Source: Flavobacteriales bacterium (GTDB lineage: Bacteria; Bacteroidota; Bacteroidia; Flavobacteriales_F; PHOS-HE28). Taken from it: a stretch of 64,000 nucleotides of DNA. Location of the stretch: positions 55,956 to 119,955 of the forward strand of contig JAGPDT010000001.1 of assembly GCA_018057455.1 (NCBI GenBank), given 5' to 3'. The notes beneath the pieces were generated by a model. It saw nothing but the letters and a program-made list of their open reading frames with translations. It ran no database searches and was not told the DNA's origin. The stretch's first letter is position 1, and every line of letters begins with the position of its first letter. Positions 1 through 11,951 of this stretch are shown one piece after another. The translations under genes and the position numbers were made by a program.

Positions 1-1944
1 GACAGCTGGGGCACCATCATGAGCGGCAAGGACCACGGCACCGTGCCGCGCCTGCAGCAAGCCCCCATCTGGCACTACATCAACAGCAGCCAGTGGCGCT
101 ATGACAACAACCAGGCGGATTACAACAGCGTGCCCAACGACGCTTCACCGCTGGCGCGCAAACACTCCGCCGATTGGGTGCTCATGTCCGTGCGCAACGG
201 CTGGATGCCCTTCTTCCCGCAGTACAACAAGAGCAACCTGGACATCGCGGAAGATGCGCGCAAGGAAGGCGCCCGGACCGAGGCCGAGATCCGCGACTAC
301 GTGGTGCGCCAGCTCAAGAGCAAGCAGCTCGAGTATGCCGTGGCCGATCCCGACGACCCCATCAACTTCCCGCGCAACTGGTTCATCTGGCGCGGCAATG
401 CCCTGATGAGCTCCGCCAAGGGACACGAGTACATGCTCAACCACTACCTCGGCACCCACCACAACGACATCGCCAACGAAGTGGCCGGCGACCTGGTCAC
501 CGACATCAAGTTCCGCGAAAAGTCGCCCAGCGGCAAGATGGACCTGGTGGTGGACATCAACTTCCGCATGGACACCTCCGCGCTGTATTCCGACATCGTG
601 CTGCCCACCGCCTCGTGGTACGAAAAGGCCGACCTCAACAGCACCGACATGCACTCGTTCATCCACCCGCTCAGCGAGGCCATTCCCCCGGTGTGGGAAA
701 GCAAGACCGACTGGCAGATCTTCCAGGCCATCGCCAAAAAGGTGAGCGAACTCGCGAAGACGCACTTGCCCATGCCCGTCACCGACATCGTGAACGTGGC
801 CTTGTCGCACGACAGCGCCGACGAGATCAGCCAGCCCAAGCTGCAGGACTGGAGCAAGGGCGAATGCGAGCCCATCCCCGGCAAGACCATGCACAAGATC
901 GTGGTGGTGGAGCGCGACTACACGCAGATCCACAACCAGTACATCACCCTGGGCGACGGCGTGGCCAAGCACGGTTTGGGCGCGCACGGCGTGAAGTACG
1001 ACTGCGCCGACGTGTACGGGGAAATGCTGGAGAAGAAGAACCACGTGCAGGTGGTCAACGGCAAGGAATACCCTTCGCTGCGCGAGGACGTGGAAGCTTG
1101 CGACGCGGTGCTCAAGCTGAGCACCCTCACCAACGGCAAGCTCAACCTGCGCGGCTACCAATTCCTCGAGAAGAAGACCGGCCTGGTGCTGGCCGACCTC
1201 GCCGAAGGCCTGCAGGCCGTGCGCATCGACTACAAGGACCTGCAGACGCGCCCGCACCGCTACAACACCTCCGCCGTGTGGTCCGGCCTGATGAACGACG
1301 GACGCGCCTACGCCGCCTACACCCTCCAGGTGGACCGGCTGGTGCCGTGGCGCACCCTCACCGGCCGCCAGCACATCTACATGGACCACGACGGCTACAT
1401 CATGTTCGGTGAACACCTGCCCACCTACAAGCCCTCGCCACTGCCCCAGGTGTACGGCGACATCCGCATGACGGTGAACGACGGCAAGGCCAGGATGCTC
1501 AACTGCCTCACGCCCCACGGCAAGTGGCACATCCACAGCACCTACGGCGACACCCTGCGCATGCTCACCCTGAGCCGCGGCATGGAACCTTGCTGGATGA
1601 GCGAGAAGGACGCCGAGGAGCTCGGCATCAAGGACAACGACTGGGTGGAGGTGTACAACGACCACGGCGTGTACTGCACCCGCGCCTGCGTCAGCGCGCG
1701 CATCCCGCGCGGCGTGTGCATCGTGTACCACTCGCCCGAGCGCACCTACACCGTGCCCAAGAGCCAGGAGCGCGGCGGAAGGCGCGCCGGCGGCCACAAC
1801 AGCTTCACCCGCGTGCACCTCAAGCCCAGCTTGATGGTGGGCGGCTACGGCCAGTTCTCCTTCCACTTCAACTACTGGGGCCCCGTGGGCGCCAACCGCG
1901 ATACCCACGTGCTGGTGCGCAAAATGGAGAAAGTGGAATTCTGA
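1..1944 (+). CDS. narG: Respiratory nitrate reductase alpha subunit NarG, C-terminal ~648 aa; the 5' end lies outside the window
   Basis: The frame is open from nt 1 (the track ORF is 19..1944). The translation matches the NarG molybdopterin-oxidoreductase C-terminal region, and narH, narJ and narI follow immediately. Confidence 0.93.
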   Translation, partial: DSWGTIMSGKDHGTVPRLQQAPIWHYINSSQWRYDNNQADYNSVPNDASPLARKHSADWVLMSVRNGWMPFFPQYNKSNLDIAEDARKEGARTEAEIRDYVVRQLKSKQLEYAVADPDDPINFPRNWFIWRGNALMSSAKGHEYMLNHYLGTHHNDIANEVAGDLVTDIKFREKSPSGKMDLVVDINFRMDTSALYSDIVLPTASWYEKADLNSTDMHSFIHPLSEAIPPVWESKTDWQIFQAIAKKVSELAKTHLPMPVTDIVNVALSHDSADEISQPKLQDWSKGECEPIPGKTMHKIVVVERDYTQIHNQYITLGDGVAKHGLGAHGVKYDCADVYGEMLEKKNHVQVVNGKEYPSLREDVEACDAVLKLSTLTNGKLNLRGYQFLEKKTGLVLADLAEGLQAVRIDYKDLQTRPHRYNTSAVWSGLMNDGRAYAAYTLQVDRLVPWRTLTGRQHIYMDHDGYIMFGEHLPTYKPSPLPQVYGDIRMTVNDGKARMLNCLTPHGKWHIHSTYGDTLRMLTLSRGMEPCWMSEKDAEELGIKDNDWVEVYNDHGVYCTRACVSARIPRGVCIVYHSPERTYTVPKSQERGGRRAGGHNSFTRVHLKPSLMVGGYGQFSFHFNYWGPVGANRDTHVLVRKMEKVEF

Positions 1945-2027
1945 TCGCGCCGAAAGCACCACCGACCCGTGGAGGAAAGCAACGACAACAACGCACCCAA
2001 GGCCACCAGGACCAAACCGCCAAAGCC

Positions 2028-3520
<1,493 letters not shown>

Positions 3521-3521
<1 letters not shown>

Positions 3522-4234
3522 TGCGCAACGCACGGCCATACGGACAATACGCCTTGGCGGCGGAGCTCTTCCGCTACCCGGGAGCCGACTTCCAAGACCG
3601 GGTGGCCGCGGTGTACGGCATGCTCCGGGCGCAGTACCCCGAAGCAGCGGACACCTTGCTGCCCTTCGCCCAATGGGTGGACGCCACGCCCGCGCACCAC
3701 GTGGAGGAAGTCTTCAGCCGCACCTTCCACGTGCAGGCCATCTGTTACCTGGACATCGGCTTCGTCCTCTTCGGCGAAGACTACAAGCGCGGCGAGTTCC
3801 TGGTGAACATGAAGCAGGAACAGGCCATGGCCGGTAACGATTGCGGGGAAGAACTGCCGGACAACCTGGTGAACGTGCTCACCTTGCTGCCGCTGCTCAG
3901 GGACGAAGCCTTCCGCGCGGAGCTGGCCGGCCGCGTGCTGATGCCCGCCCTGCGCAGGATGATGGCCGAGTTCAGCCCCGCGAAGTCCAAGCTGCGCACC
4001 AACATGCTCCGCCGCAAGCACAAAGCGCTGATCATGGCCGAGGAGCAGCACATCAACGTGTACCACCACGCCCTGCTGGCGCTCTTCCACATGCTCGTGC
4101 ACGACTTCGATGAGGTCGCGTTGGTGGAGTACAAGCCCACCGGACCCGATCCCTTGCGGGCCGCCGCCCCGGCGTCGGACTGCGGCACGTGCAACAGCCC
4201 CCATTCACCCCGGATCAATACCATGAAGCCATGA
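3521..4234 (+). CDS. narJ: Nitrate reductase molybdenum-cofactor assembly chaperone NarJ (TorD family)
   Basis: The 238-aa product starts MRNARPYGQYALAAELFRYPG and resembles the NarJ/TorD family. The start codon overlaps the narH stop; the gene sits between narH and narI. Confidence 0.85.
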
Positions 4235-5199
4235 AGTTGCTAGAGTTCAACGGTTTGTTTTCAGCCGGTTCGTTGGTCACCTTCCTGGTGGGCCTCACGC
4301 TGGTGGTGCTGGTGGTTGCCATCTACATGGCCTCGCGTGCCAAGCGGCTCATCCGCGAGCTGCACGGCGTGCAACGGCCCTCGCCCACGAACTTCTCCCT
4401 GGTGCTGCTGTTGATGCTGGCGGCGGCCGGGGCCCTGGTGTACCTGTTGAAGCTGGGCCTGGAGGCGCAATGGGGCATGCTGAACACCTTGGTGTTCGTG
4501 GCGCTGCCCTACGTGGCGTCGGCCATTTTCCTCATCGGCTCCATCCACCGCTACCGCAGCAGGGGCTTCCAGGTGAGCTCGCTTTCCTCGGAATTCCTCG
4601 AGCGCAGGAAGCTCTTCTGGGGCAGCCAGCCCTTCCACTGGGGCCTGCTGGTGCTCTTCTTCGGCCACCTCATCGCCTTCCTCTTTCCCCGCACCGTGCT
4701 GGCCTGGAACGGGCAGCCCGTTCGCCTGTTGATCCTGGAATACAGTTCCTTCGCCTTCGGCCTGGCCACGCTGTTGGGCCTGGTGCTGCTGATCCGCCGC
4801 AGGCTCGGCAACAAGCGCGTGCTGATCGTGAGCAACCGCATGGACATGCTGGTGTATGCCGTGCTGATCACCCAGATCGTGAGCGGGCTGGGCGTGGCCT
4901 TCTTCGCCCGCTGGGGCTCCTCCTGGTTCGCCTCCAGCGTTACGCCCTACCTGCGTTCGCTCTTCGCCCTCAACCCCGACATCGCCGCGGTGAGCGCCAT
5001 GCCGTGGATCATCCAAGTGCACATCATCTCCGCCTTCGCCATCGTGGCCCTCATCCCGTTCACCCGCTTCATGCACTTCCTGGTGGCACCGATCGACTAC
5101 CTCTGGCGCGGCTACCAGCTGGTGATCTGGAACTGGGGCCGCAGGTCCATCCGCAGTTCGGGCAGCTATTATCCCGGCGTGAAGTCCAAGAACAACTGA
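4231..5199 (+). CDS. narI: Nitrate reductase gamma subunit NarI (heme b membrane anchor). The model includes an ~82-aa N-terminal extension with two extra predicted TM helices; the canonical NarI core begins at internal M97 (nt 4477). A start at 4189 is also possible.
   Basis: MLNTLVFVALPYVASAIFLIGSIHRYRSRGFQVSSLSSEF aligns with the E. coli NarI N-terminus ([24 protein letters not shown]). The ATG at 4231 overlaps the narJ stop (ATGA). The upstream in-frame portion is hydrophobic and helix-like, not junk. Confidence 0.8.
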   Translation: MKLLEFNGLFSAGSLVTFLVGLTLVVLVVAIYMASRAKRLIRELHGVQRPSPTNFSLVLLLMLAAAGALVYLLKLGLEAQWGMLNTLVFVALPYVASAIFLIGSIHRYRSRGFQVSSLSSEFLERRKLFWGSQPFHWGLLVLFFGHLIAFLFPRTVLAWNGQPVRLLILEYSSFAFGLATLLGLVLLIRRRLGNKRVLIVSNRMDMLVYAVLITQIVSGLGVAFFARWGSSWFASSVTPYLRSLFALNPDIAAVSAMPWIIQVHIISAFAIVALIPFTRFMHFLVAPIDYLWRGYQLVIWNWGRRSIRSSGSYYPGVKSKNN

Positions 5200-5238
5200 T
5201 GGGGCCCGATCGAACGCGGACCCGCAACAGGCAAGACC

Positions 5239-5943
5239 ATGAAGATCATCGACACCAAGACAGGCAAGCGGGTAGGGCAGGAGGAGCGCGACTTGCGGAA
5301 GAAGCTCAAGGACGAGGACCCGATCAAGCGCAACGCCGAGAAGGAAACGGGCGTGGCCGAGCTCTCGCCCATGGAGCCGCCCGGGGCCTATGAGGCCAAC
5401 GTGCCCGAAGCCAACGAAGTTCAGGTGGAGCATCCCTTGCTGGTGCAATTCATGCGCGAGCACGAAAAGGCCAAGGAGGTGCTGGAACGCTTCGAGAAGG
5501 CCATGGTGGAATACCGTGAATTGGGCTTCAAGCTCAACGACGGCATCAACGACAGCCTCCGTGAATTCTTCACCTGGTACGAGGAGCAGCTCTTCGACCA
5601 CAACCAGCGCGAGGAGCGGCAGCTGTTTCCCCTGCTGCACCGCCGGTTGATCGAGTCGGGCGAGCACAGCGAGAGCAAGCCGCCCACCACGGCCGTGGAC
5701 ATGATGGAGGACGACCATGTGAAGTTCATCCAGCTCAGCGCCCTCTGCTTCAACATCCTCGGCCTGGCAGCGCGCCTGCCCGATGAACGCTCACGCGCGC
5801 TGGCCTTCCAGGTGGCCTTCAACAATGCCCGCGAACTGGTGGAGCTCATCCGCCTGCACATCTACCGCGAAGACCACGTGGTGTTCCCCCTGGCCCAGAA
5901 GCTGATCACCACGGAAGAGCTGGACGCCATGCTGCAGAACTGA
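5239..5943 (+). CDS. Hemerythrin-like (HHE cation-binding) domain protein with a K/E-rich N-terminal tail
   Basis: His/Glu-containing helices recur (REHEKAKEV, FDHNQREERQLFPLLH, MEDDHVKF, HIYREDHVVFPLA), consistent with a hemerythrin domain. The gene is embedded between narI and moaA. An alternative start at M45 (nt 5371) is possible. Confidence 0.6.
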   Translation: MKIIDTKTGKRVGQEERDLRKKLKDEDPIKRNAEKETGVAELSPMEPPGAYEANVPEANEVQVEHPLLVQFMREHEKAKEVLERFEKAMVEYRELGFKLNDGINDSLREFFTWYEEQLFDHNQREERQLFPLLHRRLIESGEHSESKPPTTAVDMMEDDHVKFIQLSALCFNILGLAARLPDERSRALAFQVAFNNARELVELIRLHIYREDHVVFPLAQKLITTEELDAMLQN

Positions 5944-5952
5944 ACACCGGCC

Positions 5953-6954
5953 GTGGAAACCACCGCGCTCATCGACAAATTCGGCCGCAGGCATGATTAC
6001 CTGCGGATCTCGCTCACCGAGCGCTGCAACCTGCGTTGCGTGTACTGCATGCCGGCGGAGGGCATCGTGCTGCGGCCCCGGGAGCAGTTCATGCGGGCCG
6101 ATGAGGTGTTGGCCATGGCCGAAGTGTTCACCGGCCTGGGCGTAAGGAAGATCCGCCTCACCGGCGGGGAGCCGTTGGTGCGCAACGATGCGGCCACCAT
6201 CATCAGGGGCCTGGGCCGCCTGCCCGTGGAGCTGGCCATCACCACCAACGGGGTGCTGGTGCACCGGTTCATCGAGGTGTTCAAGGAAGCCGGGCTGCGC
6301 GCGGTGAACGTGAGCCTGGATTCGCTCCGCCCGGGGCGCATGCAGGCCATCGCGCGGCGCGATGCCTTCGCTCGCACCCGGGCCAACATCAGCCTGCTGC
6401 AGCAGGAAGGCTTCCACGTGAAGGTGAACATGGTGGTGATGCGCGGCATCAATGATGACGAGGTCACCGACTTCATGGCCTGGAGCCGGGAGGAACCGCT
6501 GCACGTGCGCTTCATCGAGTTCATGCCCTTCGACGGCAACCGCTGGGACTGGGGCAAGGGCGTGTCGGAGGCGGAGATCCTCTCGCGTGCCGCGGAGCGC
6601 TTCGGTGCCACGGGCTTCGAGCGCATCACCGACCGCCCGCACGATACCGCCCGCAACTACCGGATCACCGGCGGCTCAGGCACCTTCGCCATCATCAGTT
6701 CGGTGACCAACCCGTTCTGCGATACCTGCAACCGCATCCGGCTCACGGCCGACGGCAAGCTGAAGAACTGCCTGTTCAGCGCAGGCGAGACCGACTTGCT
6801 CGGGGCCCTGCGCAGGGGGGAAGACCTCGGCCCCATGATCCGCGGCTCGGTGCTGCACAAGAAGGCCATGCGCGGCGGAATGGACAGTTTTGACAAGTTT
6901 TCCGATCCGGCCCGGCACGGTGTGAACCGGAGCATGGTGGCCATTGGCGGTTGA
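5953..6954 (+). CDS. moaA: GTP 3',8-cyclase MoaA (molybdenum cofactor biosynthesis, radical SAM)
   Basis: The radical-SAM motif CNLRCVYC is present, with similarity to MoaA family throughout, and a second cluster CDTCNRIRLTADG. Product length is 333 aa. Confidence 0.92.
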   Translation: METTALIDKFGRRHDYLRISLTERCNLRCVYCMPAEGIVLRPREQFMRADEVLAMAEVFTGLGVRKIRLTGGEPLVRNDAATIIRGLGRLPVELAITTNGVLVHRFIEVFKEAGLRAVNVSLDSLRPGRMQAIARRDAFARTRANISLLQQEGFHVKVNMVVMRGINDDEVTDFMAWSREEPLHVRFIEFMPFDGNRWDWGKGVSEAEILSRAAERFGATGFERITDRPHDTARNYRITGGSGTFAIISSVTNPFCDTCNRIRLTADGKLKNCLFSAGETDLLGALRRGEDLGPMIRGSVLHKKAMRGGMDSFDKFSDPARHGVNRSMVAIGG

Positions 6955-6963
6955 TCGCCACTT

Positions 6964-7671
6964 TTGCGCCCACAACCTCTTCCTATGGCAGCCCACGGGG
7001 ACCTCCTCGCCCTTTTCAAAGCCTATTGCACGCCGGAGTGGCAGGCCTTGGCCCGATCACAGACCACCACCCTGGCCTTCAAGGCGGGGGAGACCATCTT
7101 CAAGGAAGGCCAACGGTGCGAGAACATGTACATGATCGACAAGGGGCGGGTGAAGGTGTTCACCAACTTCTCCAAGGACGTGGAAGTGATCCTGCGTTTG
7201 GCGAACGACGGTTTCGCCCTGGGGCACCGCGGCATCCGCAAGGCCCGCACCTTCCCGGTGTCCGCCGTGGCCATCGCCCCCACCACCATCAACATCCTGC
7301 CGATCCAGGTGTTTGAGGACATGTTGCGGGCCAACGCGCTCTTCTGCTACCACTTCACCTTGTTCCTGGCCGAGGAAATGGCCCGCTCCGAACAACTCCG
7401 CAAGAATTTCGTGAGCATGCCGGTGAAGAGCCGCGTGGCCCTGGCGCTGCGGATCAACGCCGACGTCTTCGGCTTCGACCCCAACGACCCCACCCTGTTG
7501 GCCCATACCATCACGCGCAAGGAGATCGCCGCGCTGGCCAACAGCACCTACGAATCCGTGGTACGCACCCTGGGCGACCTCCAGGAAGAGGGCGTGATCA
7601 CCTTGGAGCGCAAGAAGGTGCGCATCAACGACATGGACCAACTGTGCCGCTTGACGGACTGCACGGTGTGA
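6964..7671 (+). CDS. Crp/Fnr-family transcriptional regulator (cNMP-binding-like domain plus C-terminal HTH). It lacks the N-terminal FNR Cys cluster, so it is of the Dnr/NnrR-like type.
   Basis: The architecture matches Crp/Fnr: a beta-roll region (GETIFKEGQRCENMYMIDKGRVKV) followed by a C-terminal HTH (ITRKEIAALANSTYESVVRTLGDLQEEGVI). It sits at the end of the nar operon. Confidence 0.8.
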   Translation: MRPQPLPMAAHGDLLALFKAYCTPEWQALARSQTTTLAFKAGETIFKEGQRCENMYMIDKGRVKVFTNFSKDVEVILRLANDGFALGHRGIRKARTFPVSAVAIAPTTINILPIQVFEDMLRANALFCYHFTLFLAEEMARSEQLRKNFVSMPVKSRVALALRINADVFGFDPNDPTLLAHTITRKEIAALANSTYESVVRTLGDLQEEGVITLERKKVRINDMDQLCRLTDCTV

Positions 7672-7683
7672 ACGGAGGACTGT

Positions 7684-9231
7684 TCAGGACAAGCAGGCCT
7701 GCGCCACGCGCAGCCCGTCCATGGCGGCACTTACGATCCCGCCGGCGTAGCCCGCGCCTTCCGCGCAGGGGTACAGCCCGTGCACCTGCGGGTGCTGCAG
7801 CGTATGCGGGTCGCGCGGGATGCGCACCGGGGAGCTGGTGCGCGATTCCACCGCCACCAGCACGGCCTCGTTGGTGCGGTAGCCGCGCATTTTCTCCCCG
7901 AAGGCCTTCAGCCCCCCGCGCAGGCGCACGGCCACTTCGGCGGGCAGCACCTGGTCCAAGGTGCAGGGCACGATGCCCGGAGGATAGCTGCAGGTGGGCA
8001 GGTCCGTGCTGGATCGCCGCCTGATGAAATCCTCCAGGCGTTGCGCCGGTGCGCGCTGGCACTGGCCGCCGGCCCGCCAAGCCGCCTGCTCCACCTGTTG
8101 CTGGAAGTACATGCCGCGCAGCGGATCACCGCCCGATCGGGCGGGAAGCATGGGCGGGTCCACGGCCACCACGATGCCGCTGTTGGCGAAGGGGTTGTTG
8201 CGCTTGCTTGGGCTCCAGCCGTTGGTCACCACCTCACCGGGGGCCGTGGCACAGGGCGCAATGATGCCGCCGGGGCACATGCAGAAGCTGTACACCCCGC
8301 GCCCTTCCACCTGCTGCACCGCGTTGTAGCTGGCCGGGGGCAGGAAGGGGTCGCGCACATCGCAGTGGTAGCGTATGCGGTCGATCACCTCCTGCGGGTG
8401 CTCGATGCGCACGCCCATGGCGAAGGGCTTGGCCTCAATGGCGATGCCCTTGGCATGGAGCAGCTCGAAGATGTCCCGGGCGGAGTGGCCCGTGGCCAGC
8501 ACCACGGCTTCCGCCAGAAGCTCCTCGCCTTGGGCGGTGCGCACACCGTGGATACGCCCGTCCGAAAGCACCAGGTCGGTTACGCGTGTGTTGAAGCGCA
8601 CTTCGCCGCCCGCACCCTCGATGGATTCACGCATGGCGGTGATGATCCGCGGCAGCTTGTTGGTGCCGATGTGCGGGTGGGCATCGACCAAGATGTCCGG
8701 CGGGGCACCGAAGGCCACGAATGTTTCCAGCACCGCCATGATGTCACCGCGTTTGTCGCTGCGTGTATAAAGCTTGCCGTCGCTGTAAGTGCCCGCGCCG
8801 CCCTCGCCGAAGCAGTAGTTGCTGTCGGGGTCCACCACGTGCTCCCGGTTGATGGCGGCCAGGTCGCGGCGGCGCGCGCGCACGTCCTTGCCTCGCTCCA
8901 GGAGGATGGGCCGCAGCCCGCGCCGGATGCACCCCAGGGCCGCGAAGAGCCCGGCCGGCCCGCAGCCCACGATGATCACCGGTTTGCCGGTGCTTGCATC
9001 AGGCAGATCAGGAGGGGCAGCGGCCGGTTCCGGGAATCCGGCCTCCGTGGAAACTTCCACACGCAGCCGCACCAAGGGCTGCTTGCTTCGGGCATCGATG
9101 GAGCGCTTGAGGATGCGGGAGCCGCGCACCAGCTCCAAGGCCATACCGCAAGCTTCCGCAGCTGCTTCACGTACCAGCCCGGGATCGGCGGCTTCCCGGG
9201 GCGGCAGGGCGATGTCCACGGTGCGTTGCAT
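7684..9231 (-). CDS. NAD(P)/FAD-dependent oxidoreductase (COG2509-type FAD-dependent dehydrogenase)
   Basis: A Rossmann dinucleotide-binding motif VIIVGCGPAGLFAALG is present, length is 515 aa, and the product shows similarity consistent with the uncharacterised FAD-dependent dehydrogenase family. Confidence 0.8.
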   Translation of the reverse strand: MQRTVDIALPPREAADPGLVREAAAEACGMALELVRGSRILKRSIDARSKQPLVRLRVEVSTEAGFPEPAAAPPDLPDASTGKPVIIVGCGPAGLFAALGCIRRGLRPILLERGKDVRARRRDLAAINREHVVDPDSNYCFGEGGAGTYSDGKLYTRSDKRGDIMAVLETFVAFGAPPDILVDAHPHIGTNKLPRIITAMRESIEGAGGEVRFNTRVTDLVLSDGRIHGVRTAQGEELLAEAVVLATGHSARDIFELLHAKGIAIEAKPFAMGVRIEHPQEVIDRIRYHCDVRDPFLPPASYNAVQQVEGRGVYSFCMCPGGIIAPCATAPGEVVTNGWSPSKRNNPFANSGIVVAVDPPMLPARSGGDPLRGMYFQQQVEQAAWRAGGQCQRAPAQRLEDFIRRRSSTDLPTCSYPPGIVPCTLDQVLPAEVAVRLRGGLKAFGEKMRGYRTNEAVLVAVESRTSSPVRIPRDPHTLQHPQVHGLYPCAEGAGYAGGIVSAAMDGLRVAQACLS

Positions 9232-9419
9232 GGGGCGAAGATGGCGCAGGTATGCACTTTGGTATGTGGCTGCAGTGCAAAGTATTGGGGTGGAGATCGG
9301 AAATGGATGAACGGAGTCGAATAACTCCTTCCGCCGATTTGTTCGGCCAAGGGGACGTGGAAATGCAAAGGTGACGCCTCCAAGGTGTCAGCCCATGTGC
9401 GTAATAATCGTTCACCCGA

Positions 9420-10931
9420 TCACTCCTTCACCCAACGCCCTGACCGGACCGTGTGGCCGGACCTATCCGTGATGCGGTATAGATAGAGCCCTTGGGGAAG
9501 CGGAGCACAGTCCAATCGGCCTGTGGAACCGTAGATACCGGCCTCCGCCACCTGCGTGCCGCGCACATCGAATAAGGTGATCCTTCCTGCAACAAGACGA
9601 GGCCAGTTCACGGCAACTTCAAAGCCGGAGTTGCCGGGATTGGGGTACACTAGTGCCGTGCTGTAGGCCTCAAGGGCTTCGACGCCTAACGCGCAATCGG
9701 ATGCGCTGAAAGTTTGCACCCATGCCTGCATGGTGGCATTGGGGTCTGTCATGTCCTTCTTGCTACCCAAAATTGCGAAGCCTCCTTCCGGTGTGGTTTT
9801 TATCCGCGTTGGAATGTAGTAGGTACTGTCCGTGGATCCGTCCAGTATAAAATCGCACAGCACGTTCAGGTCGTGGTCCAATTTGTACACGTGCAGTACA
9901 TCGGGTCCAATGGGCTCATAGGGGAGCCATTGGCCCCACAGATGGATGTTCTCCCACGAAAGGAAATAGAAGGTATTGGAGTCAATGGCAGCAATCGTCT
10001 CGAACAGTGCGGAGTGGTCGTGATAATACGCACTGTGCGGAACAAAGACTTTCGACGTGGAATGGTCGGGCCGCACCAGGTACACGGCAGAACTATACTG
10101 TTCGTTGGGGAACTTGAAGGCACCGCCCACGATGAATGAACCCTCATCCAGAGCGAGCAACGTCATGGCACCCTTCAGAATACTGTCCAGCGGATGGAGT
10201 TGGTCGGGATGAGGGGCCTGGCCGGGCCAGTGGGCAAGGAGTTCCAAACTGCTGGAAAACTGGTGGTACCGGCCGGGGACACCAGGATACTCTTCCGTGG
10301 TGACCAACAAGCCATCGGCGTACGGTATAATGTCCCTGGTGTATTGGAGATGAACGCCGCTCATTCCGAAGGTATAGTCGGCTAGCACAGTACCAGCTTC
10401 ACTCAGCTTGAGCAGCTGCGTGTACTTGCAAGTTTCCTCGTCCGTATAGCCGATCGAACCGCCGACCATGATGGTGCCATCGTCCCCATATGCGGCATTC
10501 TCCATGTATGATTGGCGGGCATTTGGCGACAAGATGAACGAGGAGTCCTGGATTGACCCATCGGGTGAGCATCCGTAGTGGAAAAAGCCGCAGAGGGAGT
10601 CGGTGTGCTGCGAGTAGTTGCCGATTACATGCACGCGGCCATCCGAACTTGCCAGTACCACTTTTGGGGTTGTACTTGCCAGGATGGGAGCAAGGCCGTG
10701 CTCATCCACAAATTCACCAGAGCTGGTCAGCCGGATGATTGAGCCGGTGTACGGGGGGTGGAAGGGCGGGGCACCGAAATCGCATGATAGGACCATTCCG
10801 GCGTGGGACCACACCATATCGGTCACCCTTGCATCCATGCCCGGTAGTTCGTGGGTGAACACCCAGGGCTGTTGCCCCTTGGCCACCAAAGCGGCCAAAG
10901 GGAACAGCAAACAAAATGTGCGGATCATCAT
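9420..10931 (-). CDS. Secreted beta-propeller-like protein carrying a T9SS type-A C-terminal sorting domain
   Basis: The signal peptide MMIRTFCLLFPLAALVAKG begins at internal M66 of the track ORF. The C-terminus (...YPNPGNSGFEVAV...LYLYRITDRSGHTVRSGRWVKE) resembles a Por secretion tail. The start overlaps the stop of the upstream gene (ATGA). GC is lower than in the surroundings. Confidence 0.75.
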   Translation of the reverse strand: MMIRTFCLLFPLAALVAKGQQPWVFTHELPGMDARVTDMVWSHAGMVLSCDFGAPPFHPPYTGSIIRLTSSGEFVDEHGLAPILASTTPKVVLASSDGRVHVIGNYSQHTDSLCGFFHYGCSPDGSIQDSSFILSPNARQSYMENAAYGDDGTIMVGGSIGYTDEETCKYTQLLKLSEAGTVLADYTFGMSGVHLQYTRDIIPYADGLLVTTEEYPGVPGRYHQFSSSLELLAHWPGQAPHPDQLHPLDSILKGAMTLLALDEGSFIVGGAFKFPNEQYSSAVYLVRPDHSTSKVFVPHSAYYHDHSALFETIAAIDSNTFYFLSWENIHLWGQWLPYEPIGPDVLHVYKLDHDLNVLCDFILDGSTDSTYYIPTRIKTTPEGGFAILGSKKDMTDPNATMQAWVQTFSASDCALGVEALEAYSTALVYPNPGNSGFEVAVNWPRLVAGRITLFDVRGTQVAEAGIYGSTGRLDCAPLPQGLYLYRITDRSGHTVRSGRWVKE

Positions 10932-11854
10932 TGCTGGGTTTTGGCCAACTTGCCGTAGCGGTAGGTAACAAGGTGGAGTTTGTCGCTTCCTCCTCCACCC
11001 ATTGCCAAGTCGCCCAAAACGGTACAGCCCACCAGGCTCTTTGTTGGCACATACGAGTTCCGCGTTGTGACCATTAAATCGTATGTGCCTTGGGTATAGA
11101 ACTTCATGTCGGTGGGGTTGAAGCATCCCACTCCATTGTCCGAAAAGTAGACCGGGTAGTCACGGATATCATCACCCGCCATTGGATTGTCCGGGCCAAT
11201 TGGTGATGGGTGGCTCATCAAGCCCACCGTGTTGGTGGTTGGGTCGTCATAGCCTTGGTGATCAACCCACCAACTTTCCACATTGGTCCAATAGGACAGG
11301 TATCCACCGTTGATTCCATAGTTGATCCTGTACTGGATCTGTTTATCCGAACATTTGCCTTGGCCCCCGCTGTTCTGGCCACAACCACAGTAGTTCTCGT
11401 TAATCCCCATCCAGTTCCAGTAGTCGTTCTGGCCGTAGTTCGTGTTGGGCGCCCCCTTGTCATAGTTGCTCCCGACAACAGATACGGCGGTGATATCCAA
11501 ACTGCTGCCGGTGGAAGATGTGATCACATCCACCACGGCCACATGGCTGGAATTCGCCACGTTGAAGGCGTTGATCAAATAGCCCAATGTTTCGTATGCA
11601 TCACCCAATTGATCCTCTTGAACCTCACCGGCCACCATGGGAATGGAAATGGCAAGGGTGTCGACCAATTGGTCGTTGTACACCTGGGCAATGTTGGTAT
11701 ATGAATAGTTCAACGCAGCCTCAATGTACCATTCCGCACTATCCGTGGATATGGCCACTCCCTCCCTGGAACCGCTGCTCTGGACCGCCTTGGCAATGAA
11801 CGCCTCCACTCGGGGGGTTACGTTCGTCTCTATGTTCGTGCCCTCCACGGGCAT
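10928..11854 (-). CDS. Hypothetical protein (308 aa, no signal peptide, Gly/Asn/Tyr/Trp-rich), translationally coupled to the downstream T9SS cargo gene
   Basis: The ORF is intact with protein-like composition and a 4-nt ATGA overlap with the next gene. No family was recognised. GC is lower than the genome average. Confidence 0.5.
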   Translation of the reverse strand: MPVEGTNIETNVTPRVEAFIAKAVQSSGSREGVAISTDSAEWYIEAALNYSYTNIAQVYNDQLVDTLAISIPMVAGEVQEDQLGDAYETLGYLINAFNVANSSHVAVVDVITSSTGSSLDITAVSVVGSNYDKGAPNTNYGQNDYWNWMGINENYCGCGQNSGGQGKCSDKQIQYRINYGINGGYLSYWTNVESWWVDHQGYDDPTTNTVGLMSHPSPIGPDNPMAGDDIRDYPVYFSDNGVGCFNPTDMKFYTQGTYDLMVTTRNSYVPTKSLVGCTVLGDLAMGGGGSDKLHLVTYRYGKLAKTQQ

Positions 11855-11951
11855 TGGCGCTCATTCCTTCTGACAGCCTGTGAGGCTGGATAATACCAAG
11901 CCTAGAAAGGTCGTCATACCGATTACATACGACCATTGCCTGTGCCTATGA

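Noticed and set aside
145-1962. 605-aa minus-strand ORF, and many other long ORFs, antisense to narG, narH, nosD and nrdJ (for example 174..1412, 4261..5718, 14214..15962, 16154..17260, 34830..36248, 39039..40880)
   Set aside because: The translations are Ala/Arg/Gly/His/Val-rich low-complexity sequence of the kind GC-rich DNA produces on the non-coding strand. Each overlaps a gene with clear family matches on the other strand.
4189-4233. The most upstream ATG (4189) as the narI start
   Set aside because: It would overlap narJ by 46 nt. The ATG at 4231 gives the ATGA coupling arrangement seen repeatedly in this window. Both are kept as possibilities in the narI feature.
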